Virus record (IMG/VR): IMGVR_UViG_3300046808_001241
Location: 124,001 to 188,000 of that record
DNA length: 64,000 nt
Reading direction: 5' to 3' (one strand)
Made by a program: the position numbers and the translations under genes
Notes under the pieces: model-generated
What the model saw: only the letters and a program-made list of their open reading frames with translations
Databases searched by the model: none
Told to the model about the DNA's origin: nothing
Shown here: piece after piece, positions 39,382 through 48,280 of the stretch
How positions within the stretch are numbered: the first letter of the stretch is position 1
Layout: each line of letters opens with the position of its first letter

Positions 39382-39912
39382 ATGAGCAAATTTGATACGT
39401 TACTTGAAGCTGAAGCAGAGAAGTTTCAGTCTGGAGGATATATGGTAGGACAGAGAATCCGCTTTAAGAAAGACGCTTTACAAAGCGAATATGTTAAAAC
39501 ACGTGCTCAATCCTTTCAAGATATTATTAAAGCTTGTATGGATCCTGGTTTTGATTTGAACCTTCGCATTGGAGCAACTAAATCAATTTATCCAACAACA
39601 ACACAAAATTACGGTAACGGAACTCAACAATCAGCCGGTGTATTTTTTGACATATATATTGAATATGCCCCTGGTTTGTTTAGAAATCCAATGACAGTAC
39701 CACTGGAAATTGTTGAAGAAATCCCAGGAGATGAAGGAAGAGGCCCAATTCCCGACAGTCTCCGTCGTAAAAATAAGATTCATGGTCCAGAAGAACAAAA
39801 AGCTGAATCAGATATTAAGGCAAACGTGAATTTAACAACTCAGAATGTTAAATTGCCTGGCTCCAATAAATGGGATGACACCAAACCAGGTGGGGGAAAT
39901 TTCAAACCGTAA
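39382..39912 (+). CDS. Hypothetical late protein with MSKFDTLLE|AE N-terminus
   Basis: GATAAATA box at 39368-39375; N-terminus resembles T4-type capsid-targeted proteins. Confidence 0.55.
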   Translation: MSKFDTLLEAEAEKFQSGGYMVGQRIRFKKDALQSEYVKTRAQSFQDIIKACMDPGFDLNLRIGATKSIYPTTTQNYGNGTQQSAGVFFDIYIEYAPGLFRNPMTVPLEIVEEIPGDEGRGPIPDSLRRKNKIHGPEEQKAESDIKANVNLTTQNVKLPGSNKWDDTKPGGGNFKP

Positions 39913-39955
39913 GTAGAAATTTCAAAAAAACCAATTAACCTAATACGCACGACCT

Positions 39956-40153
39956 ATGTTCAAAAATATTTACTACAAAACCTTAGTTTGGACTTCTTAT
40001 CAAATTGGAGATATTTTGAGTAATTTTGAATATGAATGGAGTTATAACCTCTATCAAAAATGCATGAGCTTTTCTTTAGATTGCGATGAGCATATTGATT
40101 TTTGGTTTTGGAAAGAACCTCCTTTGAACGACGATGAGGATGACAATTTATGA
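39956..40153 (+). CDS. Hypothetical protein
   Basis: 65 aa; stop overlaps the nrdB start (ATGA). Confidence 0.55.
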   Translation: MFKNIYYKTLVWTSYQIGDILSNFEYEWSYNLYQKCMSFSLDCDEHIDFWFWKEPPLNDDEDDNL

Positions 40154-41142
40154 AAACACAAAACAGACCTAAAATATTTGAAGAACAGATAGCAAGAAAG
40201 CCAAATCATTTTTCTTGGACGGACTCGTTCGTCGAGAGTATTCAAAACGGATTTTGGACGCATCGGGAATTTAACTTCAAATCAGACATTCAGCAATTTA
40301 AAGTTAATTTGACCGATCAAGAAAGAGATATTATTATCCGCACGCTTTCTGCTATTGGACAAATTGAAATTGCTGTAAAAACATTCTGGGGAAAGCTCGG
40401 AGAGAATTTGAGATTTCCAAATTTTTCTGACCTAGGTTATACTATGGCCCACACAGAAGTCATTCACAATAATGCTTATGAGCGTCTTATTGACGTATTA
40501 GGCTTAAGTGAAGTGTTTGAAGAAAACTTAAAACTTGATTGGATTCAAGGACGGGTTAACTATCTTCGTAAATACACTCACAAGTTTTATAAAGATTCAA
40601 AGAAACAATATCTTTATGCTATTATCTTGTTCACGTTGTTTGTTGAGAACGTTTCGTTGTTTAGTCAGTTCTATATCATTAACTGGTTTGCAAGGTTCAA
40701 AAACGTTCTTAAAGATACAGACCAACAAGTCAAATACACACGCAATGAAGAAAACCTCCATGCTTTGATTGGCATTAAAATTATCAACACTATTAGAGAA
40801 GATTATCCAGAAATGTTCGATGAAGAGCTGGAACAAAAGATTCTTCACGAGGCAGAAGAGGCTTATAAGTCAGAAGCAAAGATTGTGGATTGGATGATTA
40901 ACGGCATTCAAGAAGAAGGATTGACTGCTCCAATCCTCAAAGAATTCATTAAGAACAGAATTAATGAATCGTTAACTCAAATTGGTTTTAAAACAGCATT
41001 TGAAGTTGATAAAGATCTTTTAAAGACTACAATGTGGTTTAATGAAGAATTGCTTGGAGAGAACGCGACAGATTTTTTTCATAGTCGGCCCACTTCATAT
41101 GCAAAGAACAATCAATCATTTTCTGAAGATGACTTGTTTTAA
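40150..41142 (+). CDS. nrdB: Ribonucleotide reductase beta subunit, class Id-like
   Basis: FW...E, QIEIAVKTFW, EVIH..AY, FVENVSLFSQF, EENLHA, DFF.SRP.SY. Confidence 0.95.
   Translation: MKTQNRPKIFEEQIARKPNHFSWTDSFVESIQNGFWTHREFNFKSDIQQFKVNLTDQERDIIIRTLSAIGQIEIAVKTFWGKLGENLRFPNFSDLGYTMAHTEVIHNNAYERLIDVLGLSEVFEENLKLDWIQGRVNYLRKYTHKFYKDSKKQYLYAIILFTLFVENVSLFSQFYIINWFARFKNVLKDTDQQVKYTRNEENLHALIGIKIINTIREDYPEMFDEELEQKILHEAEEAYKSEAKIVDWMINGIQEEGLTAPILKEFIKNRINESLTQIGFKTAFEVDKDLLKTTMWFNEELLGENATDFFHSRPTSYAKNNQSFSEDDLF
41107..41142 (+). repeat. 36-nt direct repeat, copy 1 (3' end of nrdB)
   Basis: aacaatcaatcattttctgaagatgacttgttttaa; copy 2 at 42865-42900 differs at 2 synonymous positions. Confidence 0.95.
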
Positions 41143-41196
41143 GTTATAAGCTGACTTTACTCGAAAAAGTACACGACTTAGATTAAGTAATCTTGT

Positions 41197-42900
41197 ATGT
41201 TTACACGCGTATTTGATACAAAGTCTTTTATCGATAAATCCAAACAGAAATTTAGTTCCAAATTTAGTTACGAGGATACGGTATATACAAAATCAACAAA
41301 TAGACTTAACGTAATTTGCAGCATTCACGGCAAAGTCGAAATTCTTCCAGGAGTGCACTTGTCTGGAGCGGGATGCCCGAGCTGTTCGAGGGCGTTAAAT
41401 GGCTTGAGTCATAGAATGGACACTGAAACGTTTATTAAAAGAGCTCAAGCTAAACATAATAATTTTTACAATTACGACAAAGCAACATTTCAAGGTAGTT
41501 TAAAAAACCTAATAGTCACTTGTCCTGTGCACGGAGATTTCGCAATTCAAGCAAGTCGACATATAAATAACGGAGCTGGTTGCTCAAAGTGTGGTTTTAT
41601 TCGTCGTGTAAAAAAATGCACTACCCCACTCGATGTGTTTTTAGAAAAGACATCCAAAAAACCAAATTTCGAAAATTATGATTTCAGTTTAGTTAACTTT
41701 AAAAATAAAAAAGAATGGGTTACCGTTATTTGTAAAAAGCACGGAGAGTATAAAACTAAACCTAGATATATTGATAATAGTGCGTTTTTCGGTTGTAGTC
41801 AGTGCAAATGCGAAAGCAGAACTTTCACTACTGATACTTTTATCGAAAAAGCTAAACAAATACATGCCGAAAGATATCTTTATGATAGAGTCGAATATAA
41901 AGATTCACACACAGAGGTGACACTAATCTGTAAAACTCACGGAGATTATATTTGCAAACCTTATGTACACTTGGCGGGAGGAGGCTTTTGTCCAAGCTGC
42001 ACTAACAATGGTGTAAGTTCTTATGAGAGAGAAATAAAATTATTTTTGCAACAAAACGGCATCAGCATAGAATCTTCTTTTAGAGGATTTGACGGATTGA
42101 AGGAAATAGATTTAATTTGTCACAACAAAAAAATAGGAATTGAAGTTAATGGGTTATATTGGCACTGTGACTTATACAAAGAAAAAAACTTTCATAAACA
42201 CAAAACGGAAACTTTGTTAAAGCAGGGATATCGACTAATTCATATATTTGAAGACAGCTGGCTTCTCAAAAAAGACGTTTGTTTGTCAATTTTATTGAAT
42301 GCGTTTAATAAAACTCCCAATAAAATTTACGCAAGAAAGTGTGAACTAAAACTAATTTCAGATAAAGAGTCAAAACATTTTTTAAATGCAAACCACGTAC
42401 AAGGTTCTTGCGTTTCTAAAATAAGATATGGTTTATTCTATAATAACGAGCTTGTATCGGTTATGACCTTCGGCTCTAACAGAAAAAATTTGGGCAATAA
42501 ATCAAAACCAAATGAATACGAACTACTAAGGTTTTGTAACAAAACCTACACCAATGTCGTTGGAGGAGCTTCTAAACTGTTTGCTTCTTTCATCAAACAA
42601 CACAACCCTCGGAAAATAACAAGCTATTGCAATAGAAGTATCGGAACGGGAAATCTATACAAGCAGCTTGGATTTCAGTTTTTATACAATACGCCTCCAA
42701 ACTATTTTTATGTCAGAGGAAGTACAAGATTGCCGAGATTTAAATTTCGAAAAGATGTGTTAATTAAACAAGGACATGATAAAAACAAAACAGAAGCTTG
42801 CATTATGAAGGAATTAGGGTATAATAGAATTTATGACTGTGGAAGCATGAAATTTGAATGGACAAATAATCAATCATTTTCCGAAGATGACTTGTTTTAA
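41197..42900 (+). mobile_element. Free-standing homing endonuclease (C-x2-HG...C-x2-C zinc repeats, PD-(D/E)XK/Vsr-like core, Hef-like C-terminal domain)
   Basis: Four C..HG repeats with GCxxC; EIDL...KIGIEVNGLYWH; ARKC...FLN.NH.QG...YELLRFC...GGASKL...LY..LGF. Confidence 0.8.
42865..42900 (+). repeat. 36-nt direct repeat, copy 2 (end of endonuclease ORF)
   Basis: aataatcaatcattttccgaagatgacttgttttaa, encoding the same NNQSFSEDDLF*. Confidence 0.95.
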
Positions 42901-42903
42901 AGT

Positions 42904-43671
42904 ATGAGTAAAAGTCATTCTTGGCTTTCAGACCAACTTAAAGGTTTTCCTAACTTTGCAAAAATGTTTCGAGATGTTCTTGCAGAGGAATTGCAGCAAA
43001 CCTATTTGGAAGAAGGTTTGATTGCGTCTTGGGATATTGAAAAATTAATCAAAAGAATATCAAACATTATTGGAGACAAAATTTTAGAAGTACAAAAAAC
43101 TACTCTTCCAGACTTTTTAAAAAATACCAACTACGGAGAAGTCTTTACTGTTAATATATTTTTAAAAGAAAAACTAACAAAAGAAGAAACAAATCAAGTA
43201 GACCAACTTTTGGATTTGTTTGGGTATACTAATGCTTTGTGGATTGAACCAGACGGACTTCAGTTGCAGCTAGAACCAAGGTATCCAGTCAAACTTAACG
43301 AACTTATAAAACAAACTTCTGACAACTATCTTTTCCATATAACTCAAAAGAAATCGCTAGACAAGATTAAAGAAATAGGATTAGCTCCAAGACCTTCAGA
43401 AACTAAATTTGAACATCCGGGAAATAGAATTTATTTGTTGTGGCTGCCAGCAGTACAAAATAAAGGGTTGATTGTGAACGCTCTTGTTAAACAGTTAGCA
43501 AACAACAAAAAGCTGGAAGAAAAAGATTTTGCTGTTATGATGCTAAAATATAACCCTAAATACGACTACTACCTAGATGATACTACAACATTGCTCGATC
43601 AAAAAATTATAGCAATGTTCACCACAAATAATATCAACCCAAAAGAAATTGTTAAAATTATAAATTTATGA
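42904..43671 (+). CDS. Tpt1/KptA-like NAD-dependent ADP-ribosyltransferase-fold protein (paralog 1)
   Basis: FHITQKKSLDKIKEIGLAP...HPGNRIYLL...YYLD...TTNNINPKEI; N-terminal LEE|GLI. Confidence 0.65.
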   Translation: MSKSHSWLSDQLKGFPNFAKMFRDVLAEELQQTYLEEGLIASWDIEKLIKRISNIIGDKILEVQKTTLPDFLKNTNYGEVFTVNIFLKEKLTKEETNQVDQLLDLFGYTNALWIEPDGLQLQLEPRYPVKLNELIKQTSDNYLFHITQKKSLDKIKEIGLAPRPSETKFEHPGNRIYLLWLPAVQNKGLIVNALVKQLANNKKLEEKDFAVMMLKYNPKYDYYLDDTTTLLDQKIIAMFTTNNINPKEIVKIINL

Positions 43672-43913
43672 AACGAATATACAAACATTATCCGAATATA
43701 TTCAATTTCAAAATTGGTAAAAAACTAAATATCGGACTTTGGAAGTATCAATCTAGTATAGTTTTTAGATGGATAAATCTCCATCCAAAAATTTGGAAGT
43801 TTTGGAGATTAAATTACTTAAAGGGTAAGTTTGTATACTTTGAGTGCACAATATATAAAAAAATAGAAATTTGGTGGGACGGATTTTTATTTCAAATAGT
43901 GCTAGATAAATGA
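43668..43913 (+). CDS. Aromatic/basic hypothetical protein
   Basis: 81-aa ORF coupled to the upstream stop. Confidence 0.45.
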   Translation: MKRIYKHYPNIFNFKIGKKLNIGLWKYQSSIVFRWINLHPKIWKFWRLNYLKGKFVYFECTIYKKIEIWWDGFLFQIVLDK

Positions 43914-43936
43914 GAAATTTTTTATAAGATTAACAT

Positions 43937-45586
43937 ATGACTGAAAAATACTATTGGCTTAACAATGACTCGCGAAAATTTCTTGAGCGTGGATATCTTC
44001 TTGAAGAAGAAACTCCGGAACAACGAATTCGAGACATTGCAGAAGCTGCTGAAAAATATCTTGGTATAAAAGGGTTTGCTGATAAATTCGAAGAATACGT
44101 TGCAAAAGGTTTCTACAGCTTAAGCTCGCCTGTATGGTCCAACTTTGGAAGAAAACGTGGTCTTCCTATAAGTTGTTTTGGATCTTACATATCCGATACA
44201 ATGGAATCGATTTTGCATAAAGTTTCAGAAGTAGGTATTATGACAAAACACGGAGGAGGAACTTCTGCATACTTTGGAGCAATTCGAGGAAGAGGAACTA
44301 CAATCTCTTGTGGAGGAGAATCTACAGGATCTGTACATTTTATGGAGCTTTACAACAAGCTAATGAATGTCGTTTCGCAAGGTAATGTTCGTAGAGGCTC
44401 ATTTGCTGCATATCTTCCCATCGATCACAAAGATATTGAAGAGTTTCTTGAGATTCGTTCAGAAGGACATGACATCCAAGAAATGTCGTTTGGTGTATGT
44501 GTTTCTGATCAATGGATGAAAGACATGGTTGATGGAGACAAAGACAAACGCAAGATTTGGTCCAAAGTCATTAAAAAGCGGTTCGAATCTGGTTATCCTT
44601 ATATCTTTTTTTCTGATACAGCCAATAATAACGCTCCACAAGTTTATAAAGACAAAGGACTAAAGATTCACAATTCCAATCTTTGCACGGAGATTTTTTT
44701 ATCCAACTCAGAAGAGGAATCTTTTGTTTGTGATCTATCGTCACTTAATCTCGAAAAGTGGGATGAAATCAAAAATACAGATGCTGTTCAAACATTAGTG
44801 TACTTCCTCGACGCTGTGATGTCAGAGTTTATTGACAAAACAGAAGGCATGCAATTCATGGAAGCTCCAAGAAAGTTTGCGATTAACCAAAGAGCTCTTG
44901 GTGTAGGTGTTCTTGGATGGCATTCGCTGCTCCAAACTAAGATGATTGCTTTTGAGTCATTTGATGCGAAGATACTTAATGTGGATGTTTGGAAGACAAT
45001 ACGGGAACGAGCTGACAAAGCCACAGAAGAACTTGCTGGTCTTTTTGGAGAACCAGAATTGCTTAAGGGCTATGGAAGAAGGAATACAACAACTCTTGCC
45101 ATTGCACCCACAACCAGCTCAGCGTTTATCTTGGGCCAAGTATCCCAGTCAATTGAGCCCTATAATTCAAACTATTATGTTCGCGACTTGGCTAAAGGTA
45201 AGTTTTCATACAAAAATCCATACCTTAAATCACTGCTAAAACAAAAGGACAAAGATAATGATGAAACATGGTCTTCGATTCTTGCTCATGGTGGTTCTGT
45301 TCAGCATCTTGATTTCTTATCAGATAATGAAAAAGACGTATTCAAAACTTTTGGAGAGCTTTCCCAAAAAGAAATCGTCATCCAAGCGGCGCAAAGGCAA
45401 AAATACATTGATCAAGGTCAATCCTTAAACGTAATGATTCCTCATGATGCTAAACCAAAAGACGTTAATGAGCTTTTGATATTTGGTTGGGAACAGGGAA
45501 TCAAGAGTTTCTACTACCAAAAATCTACCTCGCCCTCACAAAAGCTAGCTAGATCGATTCTTACCTGCAAATCTTGTGAAGGGTAA
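43937..45586 (+). CDS. nrdA: Ribonucleotide reductase alpha subunit (no ATP cone)
   Basis: SSPVWSNFG...LPISCF, KHGGGTS, QG.VRRGS.A.YL, SNLCTEI, VCDLSSLNL, AIAPTTSS, C-terminal CKSCEG. Confidence 0.97.
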   Translation: MTEKYYWLNNDSRKFLERGYLLEEETPEQRIRDIAEAAEKYLGIKGFADKFEEYVAKGFYSLSSPVWSNFGRKRGLPISCFGSYISDTMESILHKVSEVGIMTKHGGGTSAYFGAIRGRGTTISCGGESTGSVHFMELYNKLMNVVSQGNVRRGSFAAYLPIDHKDIEEFLEIRSEGHDIQEMSFGVCVSDQWMKDMVDGDKDKRKIWSKVIKKRFESGYPYIFFSDTANNNAPQVYKDKGLKIHNSNLCTEIFLSNSEEESFVCDLSSLNLEKWDEIKNTDAVQTLVYFLDAVMSEFIDKTEGMQFMEAPRKFAINQRALGVGVLGWHSLLQTKMIAFESFDAKILNVDVWKTIRERADKATEELAGLFGEPELLKGYGRRNTTTLAIAPTTSSAFILGQVSQSIEPYNSNYYVRDLAKGKFSYKNPYLKSLLKQKDKDNDETWSSILAHGGSVQHLDFLSDNEKDVFKTFGELSQKEIVIQAAQRQKYIDQGQSLNVMIPHDAKPKDVNELLIFGWEQGIKSFYYQKSTSPSQKLARSILTCKSCEG

Positions 45587-46038
45587 TGCAAGGGATTAGT
45601 CATAGAGTTTTCAATAGCGTTTTAGCAAGCGACTTGTTGATTTTATTTTATAAACAACAGCCCTTGCTGACATCTATTGTTGCTGGAGGCATGATTCTGT
45701 TTAGCAGTTTTCCTGATAAAGTAGAAGAATTTAATCTTAAACACAGAGGCATAAGCCATTCAATAATATTATATCTTTTACTTGGAGTATTATATTATTG
45801 GTTTTCAATTCATCTTCATAACTATTTTGATTGGATTGTGTATATTGGATATGGTTTAGTAGCAGGATCAATAGGACACATCCTTGCAGATATGTTTAGT
45901 AAAAGAGGAGTAAGAATTCTTGGAGCTAAGTTTAATTACGGTCTATATACTACAGGAAAAGTTTCTGAGCAGATCTTTTTATTTGGATTTGCTTTAGTGA
46001 ATTACCTGTTGATATACTGGTTCGTGTTTTGTAAATAG
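45586..46038 (+). CDS. YdjM-like membrane metal-dependent hydrolase
   Basis: SH start, FPD..E..KHRG.SHS, GHILADMFSK.GV; hydrophobic helices. Confidence 0.75.
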   Translation: MQGISHRVFNSVLASDLLILFYKQQPLLTSIVAGGMILFSSFPDKVEEFNLKHRGISHSIILYLLLGVLYYWFSIHLHNYFDWIVYIGYGLVAGSIGHILADMFSKRGVRILGAKFNYGLYTTGKVSEQIFLFGFALVNYLLIYWFVFCK

Positions 46039-46078
46039 TCTTTGGCAACACACTGCTTTAGAAAGGACACATATACAC

Positions 46079-46291
46079 ATGACAAAAAACGCTTACGAAA
46101 TCCGTTTGGATGTTCTTCAAATGGCTCATGCAGATGCTCAAATGCGTTATCTTGAAAAACTTAACACAGTTAGAGATAACACAGGAAAAGTTACTGACGG
46201 AAAACACATTGACGAACTCTTTCCAAAGACCTCAGACATCATTGACAGAGCAGAAGAACTCTATGCTTTTGTTGAAGACAAAGGTCTTTAA
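46079..46291 (+). CDS. Conserved small T4-like phage protein
   Basis: KNAYEIRLDVLQMA...P...DII..AEELYAFV. Confidence 0.7.
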   Translation: MTKNAYEIRLDVLQMAHADAQMRYLEKLNTVRDNTGKVTDGKHIDELFPKTSDIIDRAEELYAFVEDKGL

Positions 46292-46307
46292 TTAGGAGTC
46301 GAACCCA

Positions 46308-46348
46308 AGCCCTTCTGAGCTACCAACTTGGAAGGGCTCTTTTTTTTT
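46308..46348 (+). terminator. Rho-independent terminator
   Basis: AGCCCTTC...GAAGGGCT stem followed by a T9 run. Confidence 0.8.
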
Positions 46349-46371
46349 GTTGAGAAATAATTCTTTTGAAG

Positions 46372-46445
46372 GATAAATAAATTTGCTCAGTGCTCCAAAG
46401 GGCTGAACAACAAACATAACTCGCTTAATAAAGGAGATATTAAAA
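46372..46445 (+). promoter_or_regulatory. hsp20 leader: late-type promoter box, hairpin and ROSE-like SD-sequestering hairpin
   Basis: GATAAATA 46372-46379; TTGCTCAG/CTGAACAA stem 46383-46410; CTC(G)CTT-AATA-AAGGAG 46420-46436. Confidence 0.65.
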
Positions 46446-46940
46446 ATGACAAATAAACTAACTACATACGTACCTGGACACTATGCGTCCACAGAGCGTC
46501 ACTTCAGCCAGCTGCCCGCTCTGTTTTCATCCCGCTGGTTCAACTCAATCTTTGACGATACTTTCCCAGAGAAAGTTCTTGAAGATCAAAATGCCTTCTA
46601 CCCTTATAACATTTCCGTTGTAAAAGAAGGAGAAGATACCCAAAAATACATCCTCGAAGTAGCTCTTGCTGGTGTTGGTAAAAACAACATCTCGATTGAC
46701 GTCAAAGATGATGTGTTGACAATTGGAGTATTGAAAGAAGATAAGGAACCCGAACAAGGTCAATCTTATCTGAAGCGTGGAATTAGTCGTCGAAAGTCGA
46801 CTTTTTCATACAAGCTTGATACAAACCAAGTAGATGTGAAGAAAATTCAATCTGCTTACATCGATGGTCTTCTAACAGTAACAATTCCTGTTAAGAAGAA
46901 AGAAACCCATAAAGTTGATATTAAGGTTAATATTGACTAA
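46446..46940 (+). CDS. hsp20: Small heat-shock protein (Hsp20/alpha-crystallin domain)
   Basis: FYPYNI...Y.LEVALAG.....I.I......L.I...YLKRGISRR...F...A.Y.DGLL.V.IP; strong AAGGAG SD. Confidence 0.92.
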   Translation: MTNKLTTYVPGHYASTERHFSQLPALFSSRWFNSIFDDTFPEKVLEDQNAFYPYNISVVKEGEDTQKYILEVALAGVGKNNISIDVKDDVLTIGVLKEDKEPEQGQSYLKRGISRRKSTFSYKLDTNQVDVKKIQSAYIDGLLTVTIPVKKKETHKVDIKVNID

Positions 46941-46950
46941 TAACTAAAAA

Positions 46951-46972
46951 AGCCCTTTTGGAGCACTGGAGC
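46951..46972. repeat. Inverted repeat of hsp20 5'UTR (46385-46404), followed by T7; probably also a terminator between convergent genes
   Basis: agcccttttggagcactggagc reverse-complements to gctccagtgctccaaaagggct, versus gctcagtgctccaaagggct upstream. Confidence 0.85.
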
Positions 46973-46986
46973 TTTTTTTAAAAAAC

Positions 46987-47373
46987 CTATTTAGGCTTAG
47001 TTGGCCAGACTACTTCTTCAGGGGTTTTAAATGTAGTTGGAACGTCTCTTAGAGTCTGACGATAAGCTAGCCATGCTTCTTTGGAAGGCTTTGGATTAGC
47101 ATCTGGAAAGACAGACCAATCAGAGTCTTTTAAAAGAGCATCGCGTTGGGATCTAATTTGTTCCCAAGTAAGAGGATCAACAGGTTCTGGTGTGTTACCT
47201 TTTTCGAGCCAAGCAAGATATGCTTGGTAATCGCTATTAGTAGGATCAAATGCGAAACTAACTTGCGGTGTCACCCCAACGCTCATAGCGTGATTTGGAA
47301 CAATTTGACTTGGTGAGGTTTTATAAAGTTTGTACATCATAAGGTTTAATATTATAATTCGCATCCAGTCCAC
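46987..47373 (-). CDS. Tail fibre assembly chaperone (paralog of 18752..19138)
   Basis: DPTNSDYQAYLAWL.KGNTPEP; W.QIR.QRDALL..SDW...KPSKEAWL.YRQ.LRD.P. Confidence 0.8.
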   Translation of the reverse strand: MDWMRIIILNLMMYKLYKTSPSQIVPNHAMSVGVTPQVSFAFDPTNSDYQAYLAWLEKGNTPEPVDPLTWEQIRSQRDALLKDSDWSVFPDANPKPSKEAWLAYRQTLRDVPTTFKTPEEVVWPTKPK

Positions 47374-48254
47374 AAGATTCTACTGCCAGCAGTTTGACAT
47401 TGCAAATCATATACAGCAGAACTTATAACTCCGCTTCCGCCACCAAGTTGTGCATGGCCAACAGTTAGACTAGCCCATAAAAATTGAAATGTTGCTGTCG
47501 AAAATGGTACCCCGCTAACAAGAAAAGTGCCTGACACACTTACTCCTGTTGGAGGAATTCGTGGAGTGGTGATAAATTGAAACAAAACACTTACATAGCT
47601 GGGTGTAGAGTGTCCACGACCCAAACAAATTGTTTCATACCCTGATGTGTAATTATATGCTGGTAAATACCTCTGACACAAAGCGAGTTCAGTTCCAATA
47701 GGTCTGTGCTCAAAAACAGTAGGAACGTTTCCTTTTTCAAGCTGAGGTAATGAAAAAGTTCCTCCAACGAAACTTACTGTAACATTTGATCCTCCTGTTA
47801 AAGTAAACGTTTCGCCTTTTGTTCTTGCTGTTCCATTTACTGTAGCAGTGGCTGTTCCGGTCCAATTTAAAACATAAGTTCCAGATTCAACGTTCAGTCC
47901 TTCTACTACCTGCTCTACTCCTCCTGCAGGAGCCGTAAAAGTAGCTATGTTCTGGGATGTCAAAAAGGATAAATTCTGACCAGAAGTAACAACTCTCCAT
48001 CTATCTACCGTGTATTGATTTGCTTGAGTCGTTGTTGCTCCAGAGATGTAGCCTCTTTGATTAATAAGACCTTGAGCGTTGATGAGTTTGTTTCTAAAGC
48101 AAAAGTTCAAGCTTGGGATTGAGCTTCTATTTTCAAGCTCACAAACAGCAACATCCAAATTCTTAAAATTATTATTAATTTTTACGAGAGAATTGCCAAT
48201 ACATTCTGTTCTTTCAATGTTTTGAACATATTGATCACCAGTGCAAGTAGCCAT
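47352..48254 (-). CDS. Fibre/receptor-binding protein with CIGDSL-type anchor
   Basis: ECIGNSLVKINNNF..LDVAVC; FRNKLIN....INQRG, YTVDRW, QLEKG.V.T.FE.RP.G.EL.LCQRY. Confidence 0.75.
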   Translation of the reverse strand: MATCTGDQYVQNIERTECIGNSLVKINNNFKNLDVAVCELENRSSIPSLNFCFRNKLINAQGLINQRGYISGATTTQANQYTVDRWRVVTSGQNLSFLTSQNIATFTAPAGGVEQVVEGLNVESGTYVLNWTGTATATVNGTARTKGETFTLTGGSNVTVSFVGGTFSLPQLEKGNVPTVFEHRPIGTELALCQRYLPAYNYTSGYETICLGRGHSTPSYVSVLFQFITTPRIPPTGVSVSGTFLVSGVPFSTATFQFLWASLTVGHAQLGGGSGVISSAVYDLQCQTAGSRILWTGCEL

Positions 48255-48280
48255 ATCTTTAATTATTCAAAAGAACTCAA

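Noticed and set aside
41107-42900. Group I intron in nrdB
   Set aside because: nrdB is complete with its own stop, only 54 nt separate it from the endonuclease ATG, and the endonuclease ORF runs to the repeat, leaving no room for a ribozyme core.
43937-45586. Intein in nrdA
   Set aside because: The length and continuous motifs fit an uninterrupted alpha subunit; no C/S...HN splice motifs are seen.
46292-46308. tRNA T-arm-like sequence TTGGG-TTCGACT-CCTAA on the minus strand
   Set aside because: No acceptor stem, D-arm or anticodon arm can be built from the flanks, which belong to a terminator.
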